In this document: positions 18,963 through 27,116 of the stretch, piece after piece
Layout of the letters: each line of letters opens with the position of its first letter
How positions within the stretch are numbered: the first letter of the stretch is position 1
DNA from: Pseudomonadota bacterium
GTDB taxonomy: Bacteria > Pseudomonadota > Alphaproteobacteria > Rickettsiales > UBA6187
Reading direction: 5' to 3'
Length of the DNA stretch: 64,000 nt
Assembly (NCBI GenBank): GCA_027620075.1
Contig: JAQCEY010000008.1
Location: 32,504 to 96,503, forward strand
Notes under the pieces: generated by a model
What the model was told of the DNA's origin: nothing
What the model saw: only the letters and a program-made list of their open reading frames with translations
Database searches by the model: none
Made by a program: the position numbers and the translations under genes

Positions 18963-19484
18963 ATGAGGAATATCATGAGAACTTCAACAGAAGACAATTT
19001 AAAATCCAATCCAAAAGTTTTATCGTCATCGTCCGATAAAATTGATAGCAAGAATCTGATTACTATCAAGAGCCGTTTCGGTAAGATTGAAGTTGATAAA
19101 TCAAAACAAATATCTTTCAAACATGGTGTTCTGGGGATTCCAAGAGCCGTTACATTTTGTCTTACAAAATTACCGACTATAACATCAGACCAGTTTAAAT
19201 TATTACAATGCCTTGAAGATGACGAGCTGTCGTTCATAGTTGTTCCGGCACAATACGACAACAGGCTTATAGAAAGTCAGGATTTAGATGAAGCATGCAA
19301 AGTTCTGGATATAAAAACCGATAAATTGTTATTACTATTTATCGTTACTATTCAAGAAAATGGAGCAAAAAGAGAAATTTCAGTTAATGCTAAAGCTCCT
19401 GTATTGGTTGATGTTGAAAGCAAAACGGCACACCAGTATGTTCTTCAGAATCCTTCGTATAAAATTCAACACAAAATTTCTTAA
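18963..19484 (+). CDS. fliW: Flagellar assembly factor FliW
   Basis: 173 aa. TIKSRFGKIEVDKSKQISFKHGVLGIP...FKLLQCLEDDELSFIVV fits the FliW pattern. About 35 extra N-terminal residues. Confidence 0.75.
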   Translation: MRNIMRTSTEDNLKSNPKVLSSSSDKIDSKNLITIKSRFGKIEVDKSKQISFKHGVLGIPRAVTFCLTKLPTITSDQFKLLQCLEDDELSFIVVPAQYDNRLIESQDLDEACKVLDIKTDKLLLLFIVTIQENGAKREISVNAKAPVLVDVESKTAHQYVLQNPSYKIQHKIS

Positions 19485-19619
19485 TAAATTAAGTCATGTA
19501 GACAAAAACGCCTGAAGGTATCAGGCATAAAAAATAAATACTTGTCAAATGTTTTTAATGTCGTTAAAGTGCAGCCGAAGTAGTATTATTAAAACAATTT
19601 ACAAACCTTTAGTTGCGAC

Positions 19620-20756
19620 ATGTTTATTAAGAAAAAAATACCTGTTTCTAAAACAAACCTTCCACATCACAGTGACATATACCCGTACTTACAAGATATA
19701 AAAAATGATGATTCCACATACGGTAGAAGACCTTTAGTCGATCACCTGAAAACCAGATTTCAGGAGTTGTTCGGAACCGAAAAAGGTATGGTCGCCATAA
19801 CATCAAATGCGGTCTATGCTCTAGCCAATACCTTAAAAGCATTAAATGTCCCGGCAAACAGCTATTGTCTTATGCCTTCATGGTGTTCCCCTTCAATACC
19901 TTATGCGGCAACTTACGCAGGTTTAACGCCGTATTTTATTGATGTTGACGACGACACATGGACACTTGATGTTAAAAATACCGTTGAAAGCTTAATGTAT
20001 ATAAAGCAGGAAATAGGTGCCGTTATAGTTCCGTCTTCGATAGGAGAAACCATAAATACAAAAGAATGGGATAAATTTACCGAAGAAACAGGCGTACCTG
20101 TTATAATCGGTGCGTCAAATTCATTTGATAACGTTACATCACAATCAAAATCGGTAATATCCGATACACCTATCGTTATAGGGTTTAATCATAATAGTTT
20201 ACTATGTTTTGGTGAAGGAGCCGTTATTGTATCCAAAAACAAGAAACTGATAGAAAAAATAGATAATATATCCACATTCGGTCTTGGTGACGAACTTTAC
20301 AAAATATATATAGGCACAAACGGGATTATGACCGAATATAATGCGGCAGCGTGCCACGCTGCCCTTGATTCATGGGATTCAACAAGGGCAAAATGGAACA
20401 CTATCAATAATTATTACATCGAAACTTTCATTGAAACAACATTGCAACACCGGCTTTCATTTGAGTACTTATCATCAACGTGCAATATATATTTGCTGGC
20501 AAATAACGCAGATAGCACTATTGATTACCTCAAGTCAAAAGGTATTGAAGCCCGAAAATGGACGGGCAACGGCTGTCATAATATGAAAGAATTTCAAAAT
20601 GCACCGAAAACAAGCCTTCCTGTGACAGATAATCTTATATCCTCCGTCATAGGATTGCCTTATTATCTCGGCATAACAAAGAAAGAAATAGAACTTATTG
20701 TTAGAACACTTAGCAGTAATGTCTACGGGAAAAAAATTCACCTTAGAAATGCTTAG
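19620..20756 (+). CDS. DegT/DnrJ/EryC1/StrS-fold protein lacking the canonical PLP lysine
   Basis: 378 aa. Family-like N-terminus and a GFNHNSLLCFGEGA block that aligns without gaps to SFHxxKxxxxGEGG. Ser193 (20196..20198) sits at the Lys position. The DAAHA Asp position appears to be Gly164. Confidence 0.65.
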   Translation: MFIKKKIPVSKTNLPHHSDIYPYLQDIKNDDSTYGRRPLVDHLKTRFQELFGTEKGMVAITSNAVYALANTLKALNVPANSYCLMPSWCSPSIPYAATYAGLTPYFIDVDDDTWTLDVKNTVESLMYIKQEIGAVIVPSSIGETINTKEWDKFTEETGVPVIIGASNSFDNVTSQSKSVISDTPIVIGFNHNSLLCFGEGAVIVSKNKKLIEKIDNISTFGLGDELYKIYIGTNGIMTEYNAAACHAALDSWDSTRAKWNTINNYYIETFIETTLQHRLSFEYLSSTCNIYLLANNADSTIDYLKSKGIEARKWTGNGCHNMKEFQNAPKTSLPVTDNLISSVIGLPYYLGITKKEIELIVRTLSSNVYGKKIHLRNA

Positions 20757-20812
20757 ATAGCCTTAATAACGGATTATAATTGCAATATGCTATTACAGGT
20801 TACGGTAACAAC

Positions 20813-21244
20813 CTATTTTTTCTTTATTTTTGCCTGATCTTCTATTAACAGGCTTCCGTTGTAGTTTTCTTTTCTTAACCGTTCTTTTATATAAACACGG
20901 TTTCTATGTATATCATCTACTTCTTTTTTAACAAAATTAGATTCGGCTTCGGCTAATAGACTTTCTATTCCTTTAACGCCATCATCAATGTTTCTTGAAT
21001 CCGTTACTATATTTTTAATTATAGCATCGGCAATTGCGTCATATAGAGCATCAGGATTGTTTTTTTTATCCCTTGCACTTTTAGCATCAAGCAACTTCAC
21101 TAAAGAAGGCTTGTTTTTAGAAGCTTTTACATTTTCGCCGACAATTTGCTTCCTTTCCTTATTTTGCTTAGTAGGTACAATAGAGTAAAAAAGTGCAAAT
21201 ATTTTCCCCTTAACAGAATCACTCTCTTTCTTCTTTTTCACCAT
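20813..21244 (-). CDS. Hypothetical Lys-rich protein
   Basis: 143-aa ORF with no recognised motif. Its coding status rests only on length and on filling the gap between flanking genes. Confidence 0.35.
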   Translation of the reverse strand: MVKKKKESDSVKGKIFALFYSIVPTKQNKERKQIVGENVKASKNKPSLVKLLDAKSARDKKNNPDALYDAIADAIIKNIVTDSRNIDDGVKGIESLLAEAESNFVKKEVDDIHRNRVYIKERLRKENYNGSLLIEDQAKIKKK

Positions 21245-21367
21245 ATTGTTGTAAAATCCCTACACGAAACCCAATTAATAACCGTAAAATCTTAACAGAA
21301 ATTCATTAACATTCCGTTAACACAATAATATTACACTTAGGAAGGGGCGAAAGGAAGTGCTTTTTAG

Positions 21368-22273
21368 TCACGTTATAACATCGCCTACAACAAACTTAAA
21401 ACCTCTTACAAACTGATTGATAGGCATAGGTTTTTTGCCTTGTCGCTGTATAACTGCGGGGTTAAAAAAACCGTCTTTTATTGCTATAGTCGGCTTATCA
21501 TCAATTATTTTTCCAAACTCATAATTGTGGGAGGTTATTTTAAAAGATGCCTCTAATACCTTAAATTTCTCATTTCTATAAATAAAAAATGCTCCGGGAA
21601 AAGGGCAAAAAGCCCTAACTCTCGCAGAAAAATCAGCAACGTTTTCGCTACAATTCAGCGAAGCTTCATTTTTATTTATTTTTGCGGCATATGTAGCTTG
21701 ACCTTCTTGTTTTACAGCTACTATCGTATCTTTTTGTTTAATATATTTTACGATAAGGTCAGCCCCCATTTCGCTCAAAACATCATGTAATTTGCCTGCC
21801 GTCATATCGTCGGTTATTTTCACTTTATCCCAAATCAGCATATCACCGGTATCCAATCCCTCGTCCATCTGCATAATAGTAACGCCCGTTTCGCTATCTG
21901 CGGCAAGTATGGCTCTCTGTATCGGAGCTGCACCACGCCATCTGGGCAAAATAGATGCATGAATATTTATACACGGACAGCTATCTAGCACTGCCTTAGG
22001 CAGTATTAACCCATATGCAACAACTACAGCCATATCGGCATTTGTATCGGCAAATATATTCTGCTCAGCCTCATTTTTTAATGATTTAGGGGTGCGAACG
22101 GTAATATTATATTTTTCAGCCGTTATGTGAACCGGAGATTTTCGCTCTTTATGACCTCTGCCTGCCGGTCTTGGAGGCTGTGTATATACTGCTAATATCT
22201 CATGCCCGTCATTTATTAATGCTTCAAGGGCAGGAACTGAAAAATCAGGGGTTCCCATAAATATTAGCTTCAT
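21368..22273 (-). CDS. fmt: Methionyl-tRNA formyltransferase
   Basis: 301 aa. MKLIFMGTPDFSVP and HASILPRWRGAAPIQRAI motifs. Downstream of def. Confidence 0.93.
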   Translation of the reverse strand: MKLIFMGTPDFSVPALEALINDGHEILAVYTQPPRPAGRGHKERKSPVHITAEKYNITVRTPKSLKNEAEQNIFADTNADMAVVVAYGLILPKAVLDSCPCINIHASILPRWRGAAPIQRAILAADSETGVTIMQMDEGLDTGDMLIWDKVKITDDMTAGKLHDVLSEMGADLIVKYIKQKDTIVAVKQEGQATYAAKINKNEASLNCSENVADFSARVRAFCPFPGAFFIYRNEKFKVLEASFKITSHNYEFGKIIDDKPTIAIKDGFFNPAVIQRQGKKPMPINQFVRGFKFVVGDVIT

Positions 22274-22281
22274 AATAAAAA

Positions 22282-22845
22282 CTAGCCATCATTGTTTATT
22301 ATCAGTTTTTTCACTTTTTTTACTTTACGCATGATAAAATCACGTTTCATCTTAGATACATGGTCGATAAATACAACACCATTTAAATGGTCGATTTCAT
22401 GTTGAACGCATGTAGCAAGAAGCTCGTCACATTCCATTATTTGCTCTTTACCTTCATAACCAAGGTATTTAACTTTAACTACCTTTGGTCTGGTGACTAA
22501 AGCACGTTGCTCAGGAAAGGAAAGGCAGCCTTCCTCATATATATTCTCTTCTTCAGACTCTTCTATTATCTCAGGATTAACCATATAAATAGGCTTTGAC
22601 AAGTCAACGTTACCGATTTTTTCTCCCGCATTTTCATATCTTTTATGGCTTTCGCTTAAGTCCATTACTAAAATACGCTTATGCACCCCAACCTGAACCG
22701 CAGCCAAGCCTATACCATCACATGCGTGCATGGTTTCAACCATATCATCCATGAATTTGCGTAGCTCATCGGTAACTTCATGTACCGGCTCCGAACAAAC
22801 TGCCAATCTGGGATCAGGTGCTATAACAAGTGGTAGAACAGTCAT
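22282..22845 (-). CDS. def: Peptide deformylase
   Basis: 187 aa. GIGLAAVQVG, EGCLS and QHEIDHLNG motifs. Confidence 0.93.
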   Translation of the reverse strand: MTVLPLVIAPDPRLAVCSEPVHEVTDELRKFMDDMVETMHACDGIGLAAVQVGVHKRILVMDLSESHKRYENAGEKIGNVDLSKPIYMVNPEIIEESEEENIYEEGCLSFPEQRALVTRPKVVKVKYLGYEGKEQIMECDELLATCVQHEIDHLNGVVFIDHVSKMKRDFIMRKVKKVKKLIINNDG

Positions 22846-22922
22846 AAAAAAATAATATTATAAATTCAATAATGGGGCAATTATTAACATAGGGGCTTAT
22901 AAATATCAAGATGGTAGGAATA

Positions 22923-23264
22923 TTACCTATTCCTGACCGCCTCTCGGTTTGTTACATTTTCAACATGAGTTCTAACCTCATTTTCTTCATAAGGAATCCT
23001 GTTCGGCAGGCTTCCAACACTTGTAACAAAATCAATAAAAAACTGCGATTCTTCTTTTTTGTATTTATCATTTATAGAATCGGTTATTTTATCTTCAAAA
23101 CTCTCATCGTTGTGGTCATAAACAATATTTGTATCTGACAATTCTTCTTTTGCTTTGTTACAAATAAGTTGCCTTATTATTTCATTACCCAGAATTTCCT
23201 GATCAAGTTTTTGACCGGATTTTTCATCAATTTCATTACTTTTATGAGGTATTTTTATTGCCAT
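22923..23264 (-). CDS. Hypothetical acidic protein
   Basis: 113-aa ORF between def and mtaB on the same strand. No recognised motif. Confidence 0.35.
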   Translation of the reverse strand: MAIKIPHKSNEIDEKSGQKLDQEILGNEIIRQLICNKAKEELSDTNIVYDHNDESFEDKITDSINDKYKKEESQFFIDFVTSVGSLPNRIPYEENEVRTHVENVTNREAVRNR

Positions 23265-23283
23265 CTAAATCCTTTCGTAAAGA

Positions 23284-24516
23284 CTACAAGTTACCAAATA
23301 GCCTGTTTCCATCAAGCCTTGTTATATTGACATCAACAATAGTACCTATTTCAAGCTCTTTATTAATTGATATTTCACTAAAATCTTCAGCCCTTGCTAT
23401 CATGTCTTTTTCAACGACGGCTTTGAGCGTTTTTCCTATATTTTTTTGCAGATGCTTTATTAGTTCTTTTTCTCCTGCCTCCCTAAGTTTGGCGGCTCTT
23501 TCTTTCCTTATATCCTTTGCCACTTGCGGCATTTTTGCGGCAGGAGTCCCCTCCCTTTCCGAATACGGGAAAATATGTAAATACTGCAATCCGGCTTCGC
23601 TTATCAAATTTAACGTATTTTCAAACATTTCATCAGTTTCAGTGGGGAACCCTGCAATAATATCCGCACCAAAAGCCGAATCGGGTCTTAACCTTCTGAC
23701 TTTTTCAGTAAAATCTACTACATCTTGTCTTTTATGCCTTCTTTTCATACGCTTTAGAATCATATCATCGCCTGCCTGCAAAGATATATGGAAATGCGGC
23801 ATTAATCTTGGCTCTTTTTCAATAAGTCCGTATATATCATCATCTAATTCCGCCACATCTACAGATGAAAGGCGTAATCTGGGCAAGTTTGGAACTAACG
23901 CAAGCAATCTTCTTAGCATTTGTCCTAATGTAGGCTGTCCCGGTAAATCCTTGCCGTAATCGGTTATATCAACCCCCGTTATAACCACTTCATTATAACC
24001 AGACTCTACCAGTTGCCTTACCTGCTTTACTATCTCGCCGATTGGAACCGAGCGGCTGTTTCCCCTTCCATAAGGAATGATACAAAAAGTACATCTGTGA
24101 TTACACCCGTTTTGCACCTGAACAAACGCCCTAGCCTTCCCCTCTATTGAGCCTACAAAATGAGATGCGGTTTCTTTGACCGACATAATGTCGTTTACCG
24201 ATATCTTCTCACCGAAGTTGTAGTTATGGGCGTGCAGTTTTTCTTCATTGCCAAGGATTTTATCAACCTCCTCCATTTTGGAGAATTTTTCAGGAGAAAT
24301 TTGTGCAGCACAACCTGTAACAATGATTTTAGCATTCGGGTTATTACGCCTCGCCCTTCTTATAGACTGCCTTGCCTGCCTTTCAGCCTCTTTTGTAACC
24401 GAACATGTATTGAAGACGATAACATCATCAAGCCCTGCAACCAGAAGGTTGCTTTTTATAACTTCGCTTTCATAAGCGTTTAATCTGCACCCGAACGTTA
24501 CTACTTCCTGTTTCAT
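23284..24516 (-). CDS. mtaB: tRNA methylthiotransferase, MtaB-type (MiaB-like radical SAM)
   Basis: 410 aa. N-terminal UPF0004 domain (TFGCRLNAYE), radical-SAM cluster motif NGCNHRCTFCIIP, C-terminal TRAM-like end. ATGA overlap with dapF. Confidence 0.85.
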   Translation of the reverse strand: MKQEVVTFGCRLNAYESEVIKSNLLVAGLDDVIVFNTCSVTKEAERQARQSIRRARRNNPNAKIIVTGCAAQISPEKFSKMEEVDKILGNEEKLHAHNYNFGEKISVNDIMSVKETASHFVGSIEGKARAFVQVQNGCNHRCTFCIIPYGRGNSRSVPIGEIVKQVRQLVESGYNEVVITGVDITDYGKDLPGQPTLGQMLRRLLALVPNLPRLRLSSVDVAELDDDIYGLIEKEPRLMPHFHISLQAGDDMILKRMKRRHKRQDVVDFTEKVRRLRPDSAFGADIIAGFPTETDEMFENTLNLISEAGLQYLHIFPYSEREGTPAAKMPQVAKDIRKERAAKLREAGEKELIKHLQKNIGKTLKAVVEKDMIARAEDFSEISINKELEIGTIVDVNITRLDGNRLFGNL

Positions 24517-25322
24517 AGCAAAATACCTTTAAAAACAGTTGCTACGGCTCCGGTCATATTAACCCTGCCGTTTATGTAACTAATCTGTAAATCTCCACCG
24601 GGCAGATTAACTTCAACGTCCTGCTCGACCAGTCCCCTTAAATTTGCAGCCACAACCGCAGCACAAGCCCCTGTTCCGCAAGCTTTTGTTTCACCGGCTC
24701 CACGTTCCCAAACTTGTAGCTTTATTTGCTTGTTAGATATAATCTGTGCAGCTGAAATATTCGCCCTTTGCGGGAACAACTCGTTAACTTCCAATTTCGC
24801 CCCCGAATTTTGCAAATCAACACTATCAACATTTTCTACAAAAAACACCGCATGCGGATTGCCCATACTGACGGCAACGCCGTCTTTTAATTGCCCAGAA
24901 CTCAAGGGAAGATGCAAAGTATCAACATCTTTCGACAACGGTATATCCTGCCAGGCAGTTTTTGCGATTCCCATATCCACAGAAACCAGCTCAAAACCTC
25001 TTTTTTCGCAGTTTAAAATCCCTCCGGCTGTTTCTATAGAAACGTTTTCTCTATTATTTTCTTTTATTATTATCCACGCAACACATCTTGTAGCATTACC
25101 GCACGCACCCGACTTACTGCCGTCAGCATTATAAAAATTTACCAAACAATCAGCTTTTTCAGAGTCTTCTATTACAACAAACTGGTCACAGCCTACACCC
25201 GTATGACGGTCACATATTTTTTGGACTTCATCACTTGTAAAAGAATAATTTTTCTCACGACCGTCAATAATGACAAAATCATTGCCCAAACCGTGCATTT
25301 TTAAAAAAGGTATATTTTCCAT
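24513..25322 (-). CDS. dapF: Diaminopimelate epimerase
   Basis: 269 aa. KMHGLGNDF, GNATRC, MGNPH and ACGTGA motifs, with both catalytic Cys contexts present. Confidence 0.93.
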   Translation of the reverse strand: MENIPFLKMHGLGNDFVIIDGREKNYSFTSDEVQKICDRHTGVGCDQFVVIEDSEKADCLVNFYNADGSKSGACGNATRCVAWIIIKENNRENVSIETAGGILNCEKRGFELVSVDMGIAKTAWQDIPLSKDVDTLHLPLSSGQLKDGVAVSMGNPHAVFFVENVDSVDLQNSGAKLEVNELFPQRANISAAQIISNKQIKLQVWERGAGETKACGTGACAAVVAANLRGLVEQDVEVNLPGGDLQISYINGRVNMTGAVATVFKGILL

Positions 25323-25395
25323 AATCCTGACTTTAATACCTTATTTTCAGCACTAAATAAAGCATTTTTATTACAGATTGCACTAAAAGAAAAAC

Positions 25396-25558
25396 GTCAT
25401 CCCCCGAATTTTCGTAGAAAATTATAGGGGGATCTCATTTAAAATTATAGAGATCAACGAAAAAGTCGGGGATAACAATCCTAACTCTTGAAGTAAAAAT
25501 ACTATAATCATCTAATAAGATCGCCCTATAGTTTTCTAAAGAAAACTCTGGCGATGAC
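25396..25558 (+). repeat. Composite palindromic multi-hairpin repeat, subfamily 2 (copy C) plus an inverted third-variant module
   Basis: gtcatcccccgaattttcgtagaaaattatagggggatctcatttaaaattatagagatcaacgaaaaagtcggggataac plus a shared tail matches the reverse complement of 55045..55157. 25519..25558 holds an inverted related module (gtcatcgccagagttttctttagaaaactatagggcgatc on the other strand). Confidence 0.85.
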
Positions 25559-25596
25559 GTAAATAGGACAAATATATATTTATTGAAAACTCCCGA

Positions 25597-26316
25597 TTAC
25601 AGAATATTGATGTGGCTTTGATTATACACTTCAATTGCAGGGCCATAGTAATATTCAACCCAACCTTTAACTATTACGTCCTTATTTACTAAATCTTCTA
25701 TCTTATAGTCAACGAAATTATCTAAATTTTCCTTAGCTATTTTTACGGTAAAATCTGTTTTCCAGTCATCTGTGAAATTTATATACATATTATTTTTAAC
25801 AAGTTTGGTACTTTTTACCCTACCCTTTACTACCTTAAACTTGTTTACGTGATTTTTAGTATTTGTTTCTATTTCCGCCTGATTAAGAAATATTTTTTTA
25901 TCCTTTGCCCATAAGCCTAACTGTAAATTCCTAGCGTTATTTTCTGCCTCAACAATTTCTTTATCAACAGCTATACCGTCAACATTATAATTTAAAACGT
26001 AACCGCCTTTCAAAAGCCTGTTATAGACGCTACCACCACCAACTTTAATATCATCAACTATCGAATTGTTATACAAGTCTTTTACCGCACCAACCACCAC
26101 CAACTCAACAATATCACTTCCTATTATACCATTGATATAGTTTGAATATTCCTGATGCATTTGTAACGGAACGTACATATTTTTTATTTTAACATTAGTG
26201 CCGTCATCAAGTTGCAACAATCCGCTTTTACTTACCCCTATTAAATTATATCCGGCATATGAAATATTATTAATAAATATGTATATAAACAGCACGTTAA
26301 ATAATGTAATTTTCAT
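25597..26316 (-). CDS. Secreted thermonuclease (SNase)-family protein with degenerate catalytic positions
   Basis: 239 aa. Signal-like N-terminus. SNase-like core ending in ARNLQLGLWA. C-terminal YINFTDDWKTDFTVKI...VKGWVEYYYGPAIEV extension, as I recall for alphaproteobacterial thermonuclease-family proteins. The DGDT and GIDAPE equivalents are not conserved (LDDGTN, NMYVPLQ). Confidence 0.5.
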   Translation of the reverse strand: MKITLFNVLFIYIFINNISYAGYNLIGVSKSGLLQLDDGTNVKIKNMYVPLQMHQEYSNYINGIIGSDIVELVVVGAVKDLYNNSIVDDIKVGGGSVYNRLLKGGYVLNYNVDGIAVDKEIVEAENNARNLQLGLWAKDKKIFLNQAEIETNTKNHVNKFKVVKGRVKSTKLVKNNMYINFTDDWKTDFTVKIAKENLDNFVDYKIEDLVNKDVIVKGWVEYYYGPAIEVYNQSHINIL

Positions 26317-26387
26317 TTCTTAATCTAAAATTAACTATTTATGTTATATAATATCAACTTAATTAACATTATTATATATTAGTTATT

Positions 26388-27113
26388 ATGAAAAAAGAAC
26401 AGAGTGGATTTTCGTTAGTTGAGTTATCTGTGTCAATTGTCATTATAGGCTTTATAATCGCAGCCATAGTGCAAGGCAAAAACATACTCGACAATGCTCA
26501 AATTCGTTCTATTATCAGTCAATTTTCCGAACATCAAACATCAGCGAATAGCTTTAAGTTAAAGTACCTACAATATCCGGGCGACTTTAACGAAGCCGTT
26601 GAACACTGGGATATAGGGACTAATGATATTGAAGACGGCAATGGCGACGGAAAAATTCAATTCATTCAAGGTGGGGTATATGAAGGCTATAGGGCTTGGC
26701 AACACCTTACATACGCCAGAATGACAAAGGCTAATTATTTAGGAACGGAAACGACCGGAGCCGCTCAACTTGAATCTGACATTCCCAAATCCAATCAAAT
26801 AGGCGGATTCGTATTTGAATACGGACTATTATCAATGACAAGCGGCAATGTAATTGCACTTGGAATACCGCTTGCGTCTACTACAACAATTAATTTAGGC
26901 AGCTCACTAACCGCTCAACAAGCATTTGCGATTGATAACAAATCAGACGGAGGAAACCCTTCAACAGGAAAGGTAAGGGCTATTGAGGGCAGCGGCTCTA
27001 CTGCGGGAACATGCGTAGATGCTAACGGTGCGGGAACAGCTAACGATCTGTATAATATAAGTTCTGGGGGCAAGAATTGTATTATAGGTATATCTTTTGG
27101 CGACACGCCTTAA
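26388..27113 (+). CDS. Type IV pilin/pseudopilin-like protein (prepilin N-terminal methylation motif)
   Basis: 241 aa. MKKEQSG|FSLVELSVSIVIIGFIIAAIV is a class III signal peptide with Phe+1 and Glu+5. Confidence 0.8.
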   Translation: MKKEQSGFSLVELSVSIVIIGFIIAAIVQGKNILDNAQIRSIISQFSEHQTSANSFKLKYLQYPGDFNEAVEHWDIGTNDIEDGNGDGKIQFIQGGVYEGYRAWQHLTYARMTKANYLGTETTGAAQLESDIPKSNQIGGFVFEYGLLSMTSGNVIALGIPLASTTTINLGSSLTAQQAFAIDNKSDGGNPSTGKVRAIEGSGSTAGTCVDANGAGTANDLYNISSGGKNCIIGISFGDTP

Positions 27114-27116
27114 GCA

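Noticed and set aside
19505-19530. Hairpin gcctga-aggta-tcaggc after fliW as a terminator
   Set aside because: The 6-bp stem is followed by an A-rich rather than T-rich tract on the plus strand. The T-run is on the wrong strand for any nearby gene.
23258-23959. 233-aa ORF on the plus strand
   Set aside because: Antisense to mtaB, whose radical-SAM motifs are unambiguous. The translation is Ser/Leu/Phe-rich low complexity.
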